DNA of 64,000 bases. It comes from Octopus sinensis (Eukaryota). Numbering within the stretch: position 1 is the stretch's first letter; every line of letters starts with the position of its first letter. The position numbers and the translations under genes were made by a program. This document shows, in pieces, positions 50,298-62,920 of the stretch. The notes beneath the pieces were generated by a model that searched no databases, was not told the origin of the DNA, and saw nothing but the letters and a program-made list of their open reading frames with translations. The stretch covers positions 4,898,001 through 4,962,000 of the forward strand of contig NC_043022.1 in assembly GCF_006345805.1 (NCBI RefSeq), read 5' to 3'.

Positions 50298-50720
50298 AGG
50301 CAGTGAGCTGGCAGAATTGTTGGCATGCTGGGCGAAATGCGTAGCTGTATTTCGTCTGCCGCTACGTTCTGAGTTCAAATTCTGCCGAGGTCGATTTTGC
50401 CTTTCATCCTTTCGGGGTCGATGAAATAAGTACCAGTTACACACTGGGTTCGATGTAATCGACTTAATCCGTCTGTCTATCCTTGTTTGTCCCCTCTGTG
50501 TTTAGCCCCTTGTGGGCAATAAAGAAATAAGAATTGTTGGCAAGCTGGTCAAAATGCCTGGCAGCATTACGTCCATCTTTACACTCAGATTCTGCCCAAG
50601 TTGACTTGACCTTTCATCCTTTCAGGGTCAATAACAAGTGCAAGTTGTGTACTGGGGTTAATGTAATCGGTTTACCCACTCCCCACAAAATTTCAGGCTT
50701 TGTACTTATAACACAGACAA
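50298..50720 (+). mobile_element. SINE C copies (50298-50530 good, 50535-50720 diverged)
   Basis: Consensus match. Confidence 0.85.
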
Positions 50721-51020
50721 TCATTATTATTATTGTTGTTGCTAGATTTTGGTATGTTTTTTTCCCGTTTTTTTTTTCTTTGTTTACTTTGTCTCAATTT
50801 CCCAGACAGAAAAAAAAAAAGAGAGGATATATATATATACATACATACATACATGTGTATGTGTGCGGGTGTATACATACATATATGTGTATTTGTGTGT
50901 GTGTGTGTGTCTGTGTAATATATATATATATATATACACATACATACATGTGTATGTGTGCGGGTGTATACATACATATATGTGTATTTGTGTGTGTGTG
51001 TGTGTGTGTGTGTGTCTGTG

Positions 51021-51063
<43 letters not shown>

Positions 51064-51221
51064 CATGCATGTGTATGTGTGCGGGTGTATACATACATAT
51101 ATGTGTATATGTGTATATGTGTATATATATACACACACACGCACATATGCATATACATATATGCAACTACACACATACACACCTATATACATATCTATAT
51201 ATCTATATATATATCTATATC

Positions 51222-51284
<63 letters not shown>

Positions 51285-51769
51285 ATTAAAAAGGATAATC
51301 ACCATATCCCTAAGACATACATCTAACTCTCACAGACATCGTTATACGTTTTTGGAAAAGAAACATCTCCAAGAAAGAAAAAACAAACAAACAAACAAAC
51401 AAATCAACTAAGCAAAAAACAAAAACAAAAACAGATAAACAAACCAAGCACATAATGAAAAAAAATGGTTACAAAACAAAAAATATTAATGCAAAAAATG
51501 AGCCAGAAAAAAAAACAGAGGCAAAAGAATCGTCCATTTCCGTTATTTTGTTGGCAGAAGAACAATTTCGATCAAAGAACGGCTATGTCGAAAGAATTAA
51601 TCCAATTATTGGTGAACTTTGGAAATCCTTCCATACTGATATGTTGTCTCAGCATTGAACTTTTAAACTCGATGCTCAAAGACGTGTTTGGCACAAATTC
51701 TAACCTCGTTATTAAAATGGTAATTTTCAAGTTGGCTTCGTTTTATAACCGGTCCCCCCCCCGTTGCCG

Positions 51770-52190
51770 CCACCGCCAGCACCACCACTGCCATCGCCAC
51801 CACTGCCATCGCAACTACTGCCATCGCCACCACTGCCATCGCCACCACTGCCATCGACACCACTGCCATCGCCACCACTGCCATCGCCACCACTGCCATC
51901 GACACCACTGCCATCGACACCACTGCCATCGACACCACTGCCATCGACACCACTGCCATCGACACCACTGCCATCGCCACCACTGCCATCGACACCACTG
52001 CCATCGCCACCACTGCCATCGCCACCACTGCCATCGCCACCACTGCCATCGACACCACTGCCATCGCCACCACTGCCATCGACACCACTGCCATCGACAC
52101 CACTGCCATCGCCACCACTGCCATCGCCACCACTGCCATCACCACTACTGCCACTACTGCCACCACCGCCATCGCCACTACTACTGCCAC
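51770..52190. repeat. 15-bp minisatellite (G[C/A]CACCACTGCCATC)n, roughly 25 units
   Basis: Direct. Confidence 0.97.
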
Positions 52191-52199
52191 ACCTCTATC

Positions 52200-52636
52200 T
52201 TATCCTTTAACCAAAACCTTCCATTTCTAAACTTCTTCCTCTCTCTCCTCTCCCTCTGTCTCCATGTGTCTTTTACTAACTCTCTTTGTCTCTCTGTCTC
52301 TAACTCTATATCCCTCTTCCTCTCTCTCTCACTGTCTCTCTTCATGTCTATCTGTCTTTTAGTCTACCTCTTTTTCTATCTTTGCCTGTCTCTCTCTCTC
52401 TCTGTCTCTCATTGTCACTCTTTATCTATCTTCCTGTTACTTTCTCTCCCTCTCCATGTCTCATTCTCTCTCTCTCTGTCTATCTTCCTCTTTCAGTCTT
52501 CCTTTCCTGTCTTCCTGTTCTCTTTCTCTCTCTCTCTCTGTCTACCTTTCTCTTTCTCTCTCTCTCTCTGTCTTCCTGTTCTCTTTCTCTCTCTCTGTCT
52601 ACCTTTCTCTTTCTCTCTCTCTCTCTCTGTCTACCT

Positions 52637-52667
<31 letters not shown>

Positions 52668-53250
52668 CCTGTCTACCTTTCTCTTTCTCTCTCTCCCTGT
52701 CTACCTTTCTCTTTCTCTCTCTCTCTGTCTACCTTTCTCTTTCTCTCTCTCTCTGTCTACCTTTCTCTTTCTCTCTCTCTCTGTCTACCTTTCTCTCTCT
52801 CTCTTCTCTGTCTACCTTTCTCTCTCTCTCTCTCTCTCCTCTGTCTACCTTTCTCTTTCTCTCTGTCTACCTTTCTCTCTCTCTCTCTCTCCCTGTCTAC
52901 CTTTCTCTTAATAACCCTTCCATATCTGACCCTATCTCACCTTTTCTCTCCGTCTCTCTCTCTCTCTCTCTCTCCCTCTCTCAGTGACTCACTTCCTCTT
53001 TCACTCTCTCTCTCTCCATCTCTCCTCTGTCTGTCCATCTCCCTCTTCCTCCATCTCTTTGTCCCTCCTCTCTCTCTTTTTGTTTATTCCTCCTTATCAA
53101 ATGTCTCCCTCTCTCTTACTCTCTTTATCTTCTCAGCCTTTCTTTTTTACCCCCTCTACCTGTCTGCCTGTCTGTCTGCTTATCTATTTATCAATATGTC
53201 TGTACCGAGAGATACAGACAGTCCACATCTCTCTCTCTCTCCTTTAACAG
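52200..53250. repeat. CT-rich compound repeat (CTGTCTACCTTTCTCTTT units)
   Basis: Direct. Confidence 0.92.
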
Positions 53251-53309
53251 TATGTGTGTGTGTGTGCATGTATAGAGACTCACCATATATGCACATATGT
53301 GTATATATA

Positions 53310-54809
53310 CTCTTTACTCTTACTCTTTTACTTGTTTCAGTCATTTTGACTGCGGCCATGCTGGAGCACCACCTTTAGTCGAGCGAATCGACCCCGGGAC
53401 TTATTCTTTGTAAACCTAGTACTTATTCTATCGGTCTCTTTTGCCGAACTGCTAAATTTCGGGGATGTAAACACACCAGCATCGGTTGTCAAGCAATGCT
53501 AGGGGAGACAAACACACACAAACATAAACACACACACATACACATATATATATACACACACACATATATACGACGGGCTTCTTTCAGTTTCCGACTACCA
53601 AATCCACTCACAAGGCTTTGGTCGGCCCGAGGCTATAGCAGAAGACACTTGCCTAAGGTGCCACGCAGTGGGACTGAACCCGGAACCATGTGGTTGGTAA
53701 GTGAGCTACTTACCACACAGCCACTCCTACGCCTATGTGTATGTATGTATACATATATATGTGTATATATATATATATGAATATACATATATTTATATAT
53801 ACATATATAAAGATATATATACATACATAAATATATATACACACATATATACATATACATACATACATACATGTACATACATACGTGCATACACACATAC
53901 GTATACACATACATACATATACACATATCAACATACATACGCACTGTCTGTTTTTTTCCTTTCTCACTGGAGAATAATAATAATAATGATCTAATCTTTC
54001 TATTAATGTCTTCTTTCAAACAATTCCCCACCCCCACCCATACTGGACATAGAAAACAGGGGAAAAAACTAGAAAACTATGAGGTAGGGGTGGGGGTCAG
54101 GGGCGGAGGGGGAAATAAATGTGTATCTTTAATTTTACTGGTTAACTAGTTTCAGTCATCAGAACTGTGGCCATGCTGGAGCACAATATTGAAGTGATCT
54201 TTAGTCGAATGAATCAACACCCCCACCCCGTACTGATTTTCTATTTCTGGTACTTATTCTATCGGTCTCTTTTGCTGAACCACCAAGTTACAAGGACGTA
54301 AGCACACTAACACTGGTTGTCAAGCAGTAACGGGGGGAGACAAAGACACAACGGCACCCCCCCCACACACACACACATATAAGTAGAGCTGGACAACAGT
54401 CACCCCCACCTCAAGAAAAAAAAACGTACTCTTTTACTTGTTTCAGTCATTTGATTGCGGCCATGTTGGAGCACCGCCTTTTTTTAGTCGAGCAAATCGA
54501 CCCCGGGTCTTATTCTTTGTAAGCCTAGTACTTATTCTATCGGTCTCTTTTGCCGAACCGCTAAGTAACGGGGACGTAAACATACCAGCATCGGTTGGGG
54601 GGACAATCATAGACACACAAACACACACATATATATATACATATATACGACAGGCTTCTTTCAGTTTCCGTCTACCAAATCCACTCAAAGGCTTTGGTCG
54701 GCCTGAGGCTACAGTAGAAGTCACTTTCCCAAGGTACCACGCAGTGGGACTGAACCCGGAACCGTGTGGTTGGTAAGCAGGCTACTTACCACACAGCCAC
54801 TCCTGCGCC
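53310..54809 (-). mobile_element. SINE AB copies: 53310-53733, 54145-54350 (3' module only), 54430-54809
   Basis: Consensus match. Confidence 0.88.
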
Positions 54810-54844
54810 TTTCGGAAATTTCTTTTTTTTTTTTTTTTCTCTCA

Positions 54845-55765
54845 GCGGATTTCTAGATTTTCGATGACGGAGATTCCGAATATGCAAATAAAAAAAATCA
54901 CGTTTTCAAAATTTTGAATTCCCTCTCCACCACCGCCACCACCAATTTTTTTTTAATTTTTAACTTTTTTCGAAATTTTGTTTTTCAATCTACGTGGAAA
55001 AACACGGAGATTAACAAATATGGCAAACAAAAGATTATTTAATTTCAAATTTTATATGAAAAAATTCCAAATTTGATCCACACACGCCTCGTCACCCAGC
55101 AAAAAAGGGTGCGCGCGCGCGACAACGTCTGCAGCTCACTGAAAATGATCGGCTGCAACAAGTGAAATGGCAGGTTTTATATACCTGTTTGTATATGTCG
55201 GTCTTGTTTTTTCGCTTTAAAGTCAAACGATTCTCAGCGGTTCCTAGGTTTTCATTGAAAGAGGTTCCGAATATGCAAAAAGTCACGTTTATAAAATTTT
55301 TAATTCACACCCATCCCCCAGTTTTTAAATTTTTAAACTTTTTTCGAAATGCGTGTAAACATATATATACACACATAAATACATACACGCACATAGAGTT
55401 ACATCAAGACAAAACTTTCTTTTTTTAATTTTAATTCTTAATTGCCTTTTGTCTGCTCTCAGTTGCTGTTCAACTAAATATCATTCACTGGAAAAAGATG
55501 TTATTTTGAGGTCCATTATGATGATCCCCCGAGTTAAACTAATGCAATGGTCACAAGTTGACGAATGCATGTTTAGGGAGTTTTGCAGCATAAAGACCAA
55601 AAACGGCGTGTGTGGATCAAATTTGGAGTTTTTTCGCATAAAATTTGAAAATAAATATTTTTTTGTTTGTCATATTGCTAATCTCCGTGTTTTTCCACAT
55701 AGATTGAAAAAATATTTTTCGAAAAAACCTAAAAATTAGAAAATTGGGGAAGCGGGAATTTAAAA
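54845..55765. mobile_element. Non-autonomous foldback-type DNA element with long imperfect inverted arms
   Basis: ~54910-55090 is the reverse complement of ~55606-55765; 54845-54975 is also repeated directly at 55230-55350. Confidence 0.65.
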
Positions 55766-55788
55766 TTTATATATATATATATATAATC

Positions 55789-56190
55789 AGGGTGTTCCAA
55801 AAGTTACTGGTGGGCTTCAATTTTTAATAATTTCCGTAACTTTACAAATAAATGCATGAAATTTTGATACAATATAAAGGACATAATGGAAATTAATCTG
55901 CACAAGTCGAATTTTGCAACACCATTACATCACATATGACGAATGAAATCGCTAAAATGGCAGCCATTTTCAGCTTCGCACACCCGAAATCTTTCCATAA
56001 CTTGCACCATAACCTCCTCTGGAGTTTCAGACCCCAATTCTATGATATCTCCAGGGCCGTTGCATGACTTTAGGAGACACCCTGCAATTTTTGTTTCGAG
56101 GCCTCATCTCTTCAATCAAAATTCATCATCTACGCACCTGTTATTCATATTTATATTTTACTCGATTCCATCTGAAGTTCCATATTTCTT
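55789..56190 (-). pseudogene. Tc1/mariner 3' end: TIR plus transposase C-terminus
   Basis: TIR-like CAGGGTGTTCCAAAAG at 55789; minus-strand peptide VMVQVMERFRVCEAENGCHFSDFI. Confidence 0.6.
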
Positions 56191-56774
56191 GTAATCCTAA
56201 AGAACATCTTTAAAAGTACAAATTAAATCTATTTAGGGATGGAACTATCGTGTTATTTTCGTGTTTAGGAAGGCCAACATTTAATAAGGTTGAATTACTC
56301 ACAAACATCACAAGACAAGCATTTCAAAATGTGAAGAATTGTTGTCTCAGCTTTTCTATGCAAAGAACTTTATTCAAGAACATTAAAATACCAAAACAAA
56401 AGCAAATTATTTCAAATTATATAATTATGAAAAATAGACGTGAATGTTCTCAAAGACTGGATAACAGTCGAAAAATCCTTTTTTTTTTTGTTTTAAATTC
56501 TATATTTGCAATATTTTTGATTGAATTCAAACTGTAAAGTCAAAAATACCAAAGAAGCAGAATATGAAGAAATTCTTACCTTTCTTTAAGATCAGAAATC
56601 CAAGGGGGAAATGGTATCCTTTTGCGAAATAAAATACTCCGATCACAAATTGGCTACAACTGAAGAATTGAGATGCTTGGTGACAGCAAACAATAGCTGT
56701 ATCTCTATATATGGATATAGATAGATACACACACGAGTTTGTGTGTGAGACAACGCCATATATATATATATGGA

Positions 56775-56995
56775 AGGCGGCAAGCTGGCAGAATCGTTAG
56801 CACGCCGGGCAAAATGCCTAGCAGTATTTCGTCTGTCGTTACGTTCTGAGTTCAAATTCCGCCGAGGTTGACTTTGCCTTTCATCCTTTCGGGGTCGATA
56901 AATAAAGTACCAGTTTCGCACTGGAGTCGATGTAATCGACTTAATCCGTTTGTTTGTCCCCTCTGTGTTTAGCCCCTTGTGGGTAATAAAGAAAC
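56775..56995 (+). mobile_element. SINE C, full length
   Basis: Consensus match. Confidence 0.9.
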
Positions 56996-57012
56996 ATATA
57001 TATATATATATA

Positions 57013-57240
57013 CTTTATTTTAAGCAGCAGAAAATTCAACAAAATCTGTTACTCTGAGTTTCTCGTTGCCGTTCATCAGACAGTTTTTCTAGCAAAAACT
57101 GTCTGATGAACGGCAACGAGAAACTCAGAGTAACAGATTTTGTTGAATTTTCTGCTGCTTAAAATAAAGCATATTACTCTACCACTGGTATTTGAGTACT
57201 CTTTTTTCCACCTTGTTTCACATTTATGTGTTTACTCCAG
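57013..57240. mobile_element. Foldback hammerhead element, second copy
   Basis: Perfect arms 57013-57169 around a CTAGC loop; unique tail 57170-57240 matches the reverse complement of 11427-11497. Confidence 0.88.
57099..57136 (+). ncRNA. Type I minimal hammerhead motif, intact core (mirrored at 57046-57083 on minus)
   Basis: CTGT-CTGATGA-A-CG-GCAA-CG-A-GAAA-CTC-A-GAG-TA-ACAG. Confidence 0.7.
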
Positions 57241-57244
57241 TATA

Positions 57245-57280
<36 letters not shown>

Positions 57281-57282
<2 letters not shown>

Positions 57283-57412
57283 ATAAAACGGTAAGATAAC
57301 AAAAGAAAGAAAGAGACCTCAATATTATGTAAATAGAGGAAATTTATCTATACAATATGTTACATTACTCCCGAGTAGTACATTGACTACCGAGTAATGT
57401 AACATATTGTAT

Positions 57413-57417
<5 letters not shown>
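57281..57417 (-). mobile_element. Relative of the 23380-23560 element with a terminal foldback
   Basis: 57281-57345 matches the reverse complement of 23490-23558; 25-bp inverted arms ATCTATACAATATGTTACATTACTC / GAGTAATGTAACATATTGTATAGAT. Confidence 0.75.
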
Positions 57418-57459
<42 letters not shown>

Positions 57460-58155
57460 GGGAGAGACAGAAAGATTAAGAGACGTGTGTGTTTGGTACA
57501 TTCTCTCTCTCTATCTATCTGTCTATCTATCTCTGAGCTGGCCAAAGCTTTGCGAATGGACTTGGTAGACAGAAAGAAATAAAAGCCAGACGTATATATG
57601 TGTATGTCTGTATGAATGTGTGTACTAATGACTGTGTGTATATATGTATGAATGAATGTGTGCACGTATGCCTGTGTGTATGTATGTATGAATAAATGTA
57701 TGTACGTGTGCCTGTGTATATGCATGTGTGTGTGTATGAATGTGTGTACGTATGCCTGTGTGTGTATGTCTGTATGAATGTATACGTATACACCCCACCA
57801 CCTTTCATCACCATTGCTTTTTTTTCTTGTCTTTTCCATTGAAGTTGTTCTTATTTTCATTGTTTACGATTTCTTTTGTTTTTCCTTTATCTCGCTAGGG
57901 AATTCGTTGACAAACTTTTTACAATTACCTTTTTTTTTGTTTCTTTTTAAATTTATTTGCGGTAGACCCTCGTATTTTTTTCCTCGTCTGGCTTGAAATT
58001 TTCAGTTAACATCTATGGCTCATCTATGTACTTTCATCTTAACATGGGGTCCTTCAACCACAGAGGGCCCCCTGCGACCGTAAGGGTTGCACGGGCTTAG
58101 CAACGGCCCCCCTGCGACCGTAAGGGTTGCACGGGCTTAGCAACGGCCCTGGTGA

Positions 58156-58577
58156 CGATCTTTCATCTCTGGTAGAACTTTCCGTCGATTTCCGTAAAAA
58201 TTTTTTTTTTTTACATATGGGCTTGCGGGAACTTTTGAAGTAATATACATACATATACACATACACCGAGTAAAAAATTTCAGTTATCTCTTTCTTTCAC
58301 ACATTACTCTCTCTGTCTCTTCACACACACTAACAGAAGCACTTCACTTACACAACATACTGTCTGTCTCCCACACCCCATCAAACACCCACACACACAC
58401 ACATGTACATCAATGCTTCCCATGCACGGTAACTTCAAAAGAACTTCCCTCATCATACAATCGCTTTCTCTTAGTCTCTTTCGCTCTCATTACTTCAAAA
58501 GTTCCCGCAAGCCCATATGTAAAACAAAAAAATTTTTACGGAAATCGACGGAAAGGTCTACTAGAGACGAAAGATTG
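58156..58577. mobile_element. MITE-like element with ~88-bp inverted termini
   Basis: 58156-58243 is the reverse complement of 58489-58577 with few mismatches. Confidence 0.8.
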
Positions 58578-58579
58578 CC

Positions 58580-58830
58580 AATCTGGACCAGTCAAGTCTT
58601 AGGAACATGAAGGTCAGTTAACATTGCTGTAGCAGGACAATATTCTCTCTCCAAAGCACTGCCATAGCAACTGCATTATTACTCTTGCGGTAAGAGCAGT
58701 TACCCCATCTTCCCGGAACCATGTGTGAAGTTTACTTTGAATGGCCTGGCGCAAATTTGGGATAAGAGAGCAGTTGCACCAGGGTCTCTGGTTTGTTGAC
58801 ATAAACCCTCTCTTTCAGGAATACATTATG
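58580..58830 (-). pseudogene. mariner-like transposase catalytic fragment
   Basis: WFREDGVTALTARVIMQLLWQCFGERILS...DLT resembles WFQQDGATAHTA...FG.R.IS...WP.RSPDLT. Confidence 0.75.
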
Positions 58831-58836
58831 TATATA

Positions 58837-59231
58837 CTAGCAGTATCACCCGGCGTTGCTCGGATTTGTAAGGGAAATAACTATATAAGAATTTTTAGAG
58901 AGTTATAGCCAAAAAATAGCAAAAAAATGCATTAAAAATGAAAAAAAATGATGGTAATTTTTTTTTAAATCGTTGACACATCGTAGACATTTTTAGAGAG
59001 TTACTTCCCTTATATAATAGCGAAAAAATGCATTAAAATGGAAAAAAATGATGGTAATTTTTTTTTAAATCGTAGACTCATCGTAGACGCGCGCTAATAC
59101 CCAGAAGGGCTCGATGTGAATCACGACTATAAGATACCTGCTTTTGGTTTAACTGCACCGCAAAATGTGGGAGTAGTTAGGAATCTAAATCGTAGGAGAG
59201 AGACACACAACTTCTCTTTTATATATAAAGA
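58837..59231 (-). mobile_element. Non-autonomous Helitron (395 bp)
   Basis: Minus strand A|TCTTTATATATAAAAG...CCGAGCAACGCCGGGTGATACTG-CTAG|T: 5' TC, subterminal GC hairpin, 3' CTAG, A|T insertion site. Internal ~100-bp duplication. Confidence 0.85.
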
Positions 59232-59315
59232 TATATATTCAGATGAATATGGTACTTAAGTTGAGGCACCAGAATTTAGTACGCTATTATCCATACAGTT
59301 TCAAAATAAGGTGAT

Positions 59316-59592
59316 TAAAATCAGAATAAGCAACAAGGATATCCAGAGGTAATGCAGTACGATCGTTTCATGCAACTCCATTTAATTGAACAATGCAATC
59401 ATTGCATTAAACGTAATGTAGTGATTACATTAATCGATGATTAAATTTAATTAAACTCTATGTCTTTGTGCAGCTGAAGATTGCTCTGTATTTTAAATTG
59501 ATGTAATGGTTGCATTGTTCAATTAAATGGAGTTGCATGAAACAATCGTACTGCATTACCTCTGGATATCCTTGTTGCTTATTTTGATTTTA
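59316..59592. repeat. Inverted repeat with ~92-bp arms and ~92-bp spacer, in (AT)n context
   Basis: 59316-59408 versus 59501-59592. Confidence 0.88.
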
Positions 59593-59668
59593 CATATATA
59601 AATATATATATATATAACCCATGCTAGCATGGAAAACGGACGCTAAACAATGATGATGATGATGATGA

Positions 59669-59708
<40 letters not shown>

Positions 59709-59710
<2 letters not shown>

Positions 59711-59860
59711 ACAAAACTATTCCATGAATGGGAACGTGAAACTCTTAGTAGCAGCTTTTGTGACATTTATGCTGTTTTTTAATAAAGCATATTACTCTAC
59801 CTCTGGTATTTGAGTACTTTTTTTTCACCTTGTTTCACATTTATGTGCTTACTCTGGTAT
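59709..59860 (+). mobile_element. Diverged monomeric (non-foldback) relative of the 11427/57013 element
   Basis: Shares AATAAAGCATATTACTCTACC.CTGGTATTTGAGTACT...CACATTTATGTG; hammerhead core is degenerate. Confidence 0.75.
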
Positions 59861-59875
59861 CGCATCCCAAAATAG

Positions 59876-60260
59876 CTCTTCTACGGTGAACTCGGCCAGG
59901 GCAGGCGCAAAGTCGGAGGGCAGAAGAAGCGCTACAAGGATAGTCTCAAGGTCTCTCTCAAAGACTTCTCCATCGGAACAGAGACCTGGGAGACACTTGC
60001 TGCCAACCGCTCATCCTGGCGCAGCGCAATCACCGAGGGAGCAGGGACAGCCGAGGAGGGACGGATTCGGTCAGCGGAGCAGAAACATCAGATGCGTAAA
60101 GCCAGAGGCGCCTGCACCAGTAGCACGGCCCCTACCCACTTCTGCCCCACCTGTGGGAGGGGCTTCCTTGCCCGGATTGGCCTCACCAGCCACCTCCGGT
60201 TTCATGGCGCCAGTTCCATCAGATGATGTCAGTTGGTCATCTTCGAACCGAAGGACGAAC
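59876..60260 (+). pseudogene. RTE (BovB-like) LINE 3' fragment
   Basis: Manual frame GGQKKRYKDSLKVSLK...WETLAANRSSWR...CPTCGRGFLARIGLTSHLRFH, followed by an (ATT)n tail. Confidence 0.85.
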
Positions 60261-60291
<31 letters not shown>

Positions 60292-60509
60292 CACCATCAT
60301 AATTTAACATCTGTTTTCCATGCTGTCATGGGTTGGACGGTTTGACTCGTAAGGCCAAGGGCTATACAAGGCTCCATTGTCTGTTCTGGTATAGTTTCTA
60401 TGCCCTTCTTAATATCAGTCCCTCCATAGTGTGTGTGTATCCATATATATATATATGTGGATACACACCTGTTTATATATATATAGATATATATATCTTT
60501 TATCTTGTA

Positions 60510-61271
60510 CTTGCTTTAGTCATTAGACTGTGGCCTTGAAGAATTTTTTACTCATTGTATCAACCCCCAGTACTTAGTTTTTAAGCCTGGTACTTATTCT
60601 ATCAGTCACTTTTGCTGAACCTCTACGTTACAGGGACATAAACACGCCAACACTGGTTGTCAAGCGATGGTGAGGGGACAAACACATACACACATATTTA
60701 TATATACACATTGATCTTCTTTCAGTTTCCGTCTACCAAATCCACTCCCAAGGCTTTGGTCGGCCTGAGGCTATAATAGAAGACACTTGCCCAAGGTGCC
60801 ACGCAGTGGGACTGAACCTGGAACTATTCCGTTAGGAAGCAAGCTTCTTACCACACAGCCATGCCCGCATCTCTTTTACTCTTTTACTTGTTTCAGTCAT
60901 TTGACTGCGGCCATGCTGGAGCACCACCTTTAGTTGAGCAAATCGACCCCAGGACTTATTCTTTGTAAGCCTAGTCCTTATTCTATCAGTTTCTTTTGCC
61001 GAACCGCTAAGTTACGGGGACATGAACATCGGTTGTCAAGCGACGTTGGGGGGGACAAACAGATACACAAACACACACATATATATATATATATATAGAT
61101 ACATATACACGACAGGTTTCTTTCAGTTTCCGTCTACCAAATCCACTCACAAGGCTTTGGTCGGCACAAGGCTATAGTAGAAGACACTTGCCCAAGGTGC
61201 CACGCAGTGGGACTGAACCCGGAACCATGTGGTTGGTAAGCAAGCTACTTACCACACAGCCACTCCTGCGC
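60510..61271 (-). mobile_element. Two tandem SINE AB copies (60510-60868, 60872-61271)
   Basis: Consensus match. Confidence 0.9.
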
Positions 61272-61499
61272 TTATATATATATAATCTATATATAATGAT
61301 CATAAAAAGAAACTAGAAAATCACACAATTATAGAATTGTCCCCCCTTCCCCACTTCCCCAGTATAGCCCCCCCCCCCCCCGAAGCCCTTTTCTTCTGAC
61401 AATTGTTAGGTTGGGGTCCATGAATCAATCCTGAACAGCAATCAATGGCTGGCTGTTTTTTACATTTTCATTGAAGCACCTACCCCACCCCACCCCACC

Positions 61500-62920
61500 C
61501 CTCCTGTGCATGTGTGTGTGTGTGTGTGTGTGCATCTGTGTATGTGTGTGTGAGTGTGTGTATGTGTATATGTTTGTGTGTGTGCACGTCTGTATGTGTG
61601 TGTGTGTGAGCTTATGTTTGTGTGTGCGTGCGAGTATATATGTAAGAGTGTATGTGTCTGTGTGCGTTTGTGTGTGTATATGTGCGCATCTGTATTTGTG
61701 TGTGCATGTGTGAGTATGGGTGTGTGTGCATGTGTCTGTGTGTGAGTGTGTGCATCTGTGTGTGTGTGTATGTGTATATGTTTGTGTGTGTGAGCTTATG
61801 TTTGTGTGTGTGTGCGAGTATATATGTAAGAGTGTATGTCTGTGTGTGTATGTGTACATGTGTGTGCGCATCTGTGTTTGTATGTGCATGTGTGAGTATG
61901 GGTGTGTGTGTGCATGTGTCTGTGTGTGAGTGTGTGCATCTGTGTGTGTTGTGTGTGAAGATAATATCCCTGCCGTGTTCCAGGCAACCAGGCCCTTTTC
62001 TTGATCTGGTTTCTCCTCCCCCTCCTCTTCTTCTTCTCCTCCTTCTTCTTCTTCTCCTTCTTCTTCTTCTTCTTCTTCTTCTTCTTCTCCTCCTTCTTCT
62101 TCTTCTCCTTCTTCTTCTTCTTCTTCTTCTCCTTCTTCTCTTCTTCTCCTTCTTCTTCTTCTTCTCCTTCTTCTTCTTCTCCTCTTCCTTCTTCTTCTTC
62201 TTCTCCTCCTTCTCCTCCTCCTCCTCCTTCTTCTCCTCCTCCTCCTCCTTCTTCTTCTTCTTCTTCCACTATCACCATCACCATTATCAATTAACAGCTC
62301 CGTTCTTCTCTCTCTCTCTCACTCTCACCCTCTCTTATCCAGTCTAACAAATATATGATTAAGTTTATGTCAGATATTTTGAAATGGTCCCAAATTTTAA
62401 GACAGACCACTTAGTCTCCCTCTCTCTCTCCCTCTCTCTCTTTCTTTCTCTCTCCCTCCCTCTTGTTCTCACTCTCTGTTTCTTGCTCTCTCTCTCTCTG
62501 TTTCATTCTTTCTACCTCAATGTGTCCCTTCTTCTCAACCTCTCACTCTCTCCCACTCTCCATCTCTATCTGTCTGTCTTTCTCCCTCTCTCTCCCTTAC
62601 TCTTTCACTCTCTTACTGTCTCCCTCTCTCTCTCTCTCTCTCTCTGTCTTTCTTTCAATCCCTCACACTCAATACCTTTCAAACTCATTCACTCTCTCTC
62701 AATCACTCACTCTTGCCCACACTCTCTCTCACACTCACTCACTATGTATTTAACTCTCTCCCTTACTCTTTCACTCACACACATACACATACGTACATAT
62801 ATACATGCAAACACGCTCATACATATACATATATTTACATAAACATACGCACATTCACTCAAAAGTACATATACACACATATATTTATACAAACACCCAC
62901 ATACACACACACACATATAT
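61500..62920. repeat. Compound GT, TTC/CCT, CT and CA microsatellite field
   Basis: Direct. Confidence 0.92.

Noticed and set aside
51465-53378. 637-aa ORF
   Set aside because: It is composed of a 15-bp minisatellite and CT repeats with no domain; it lacks stops because of base composition.
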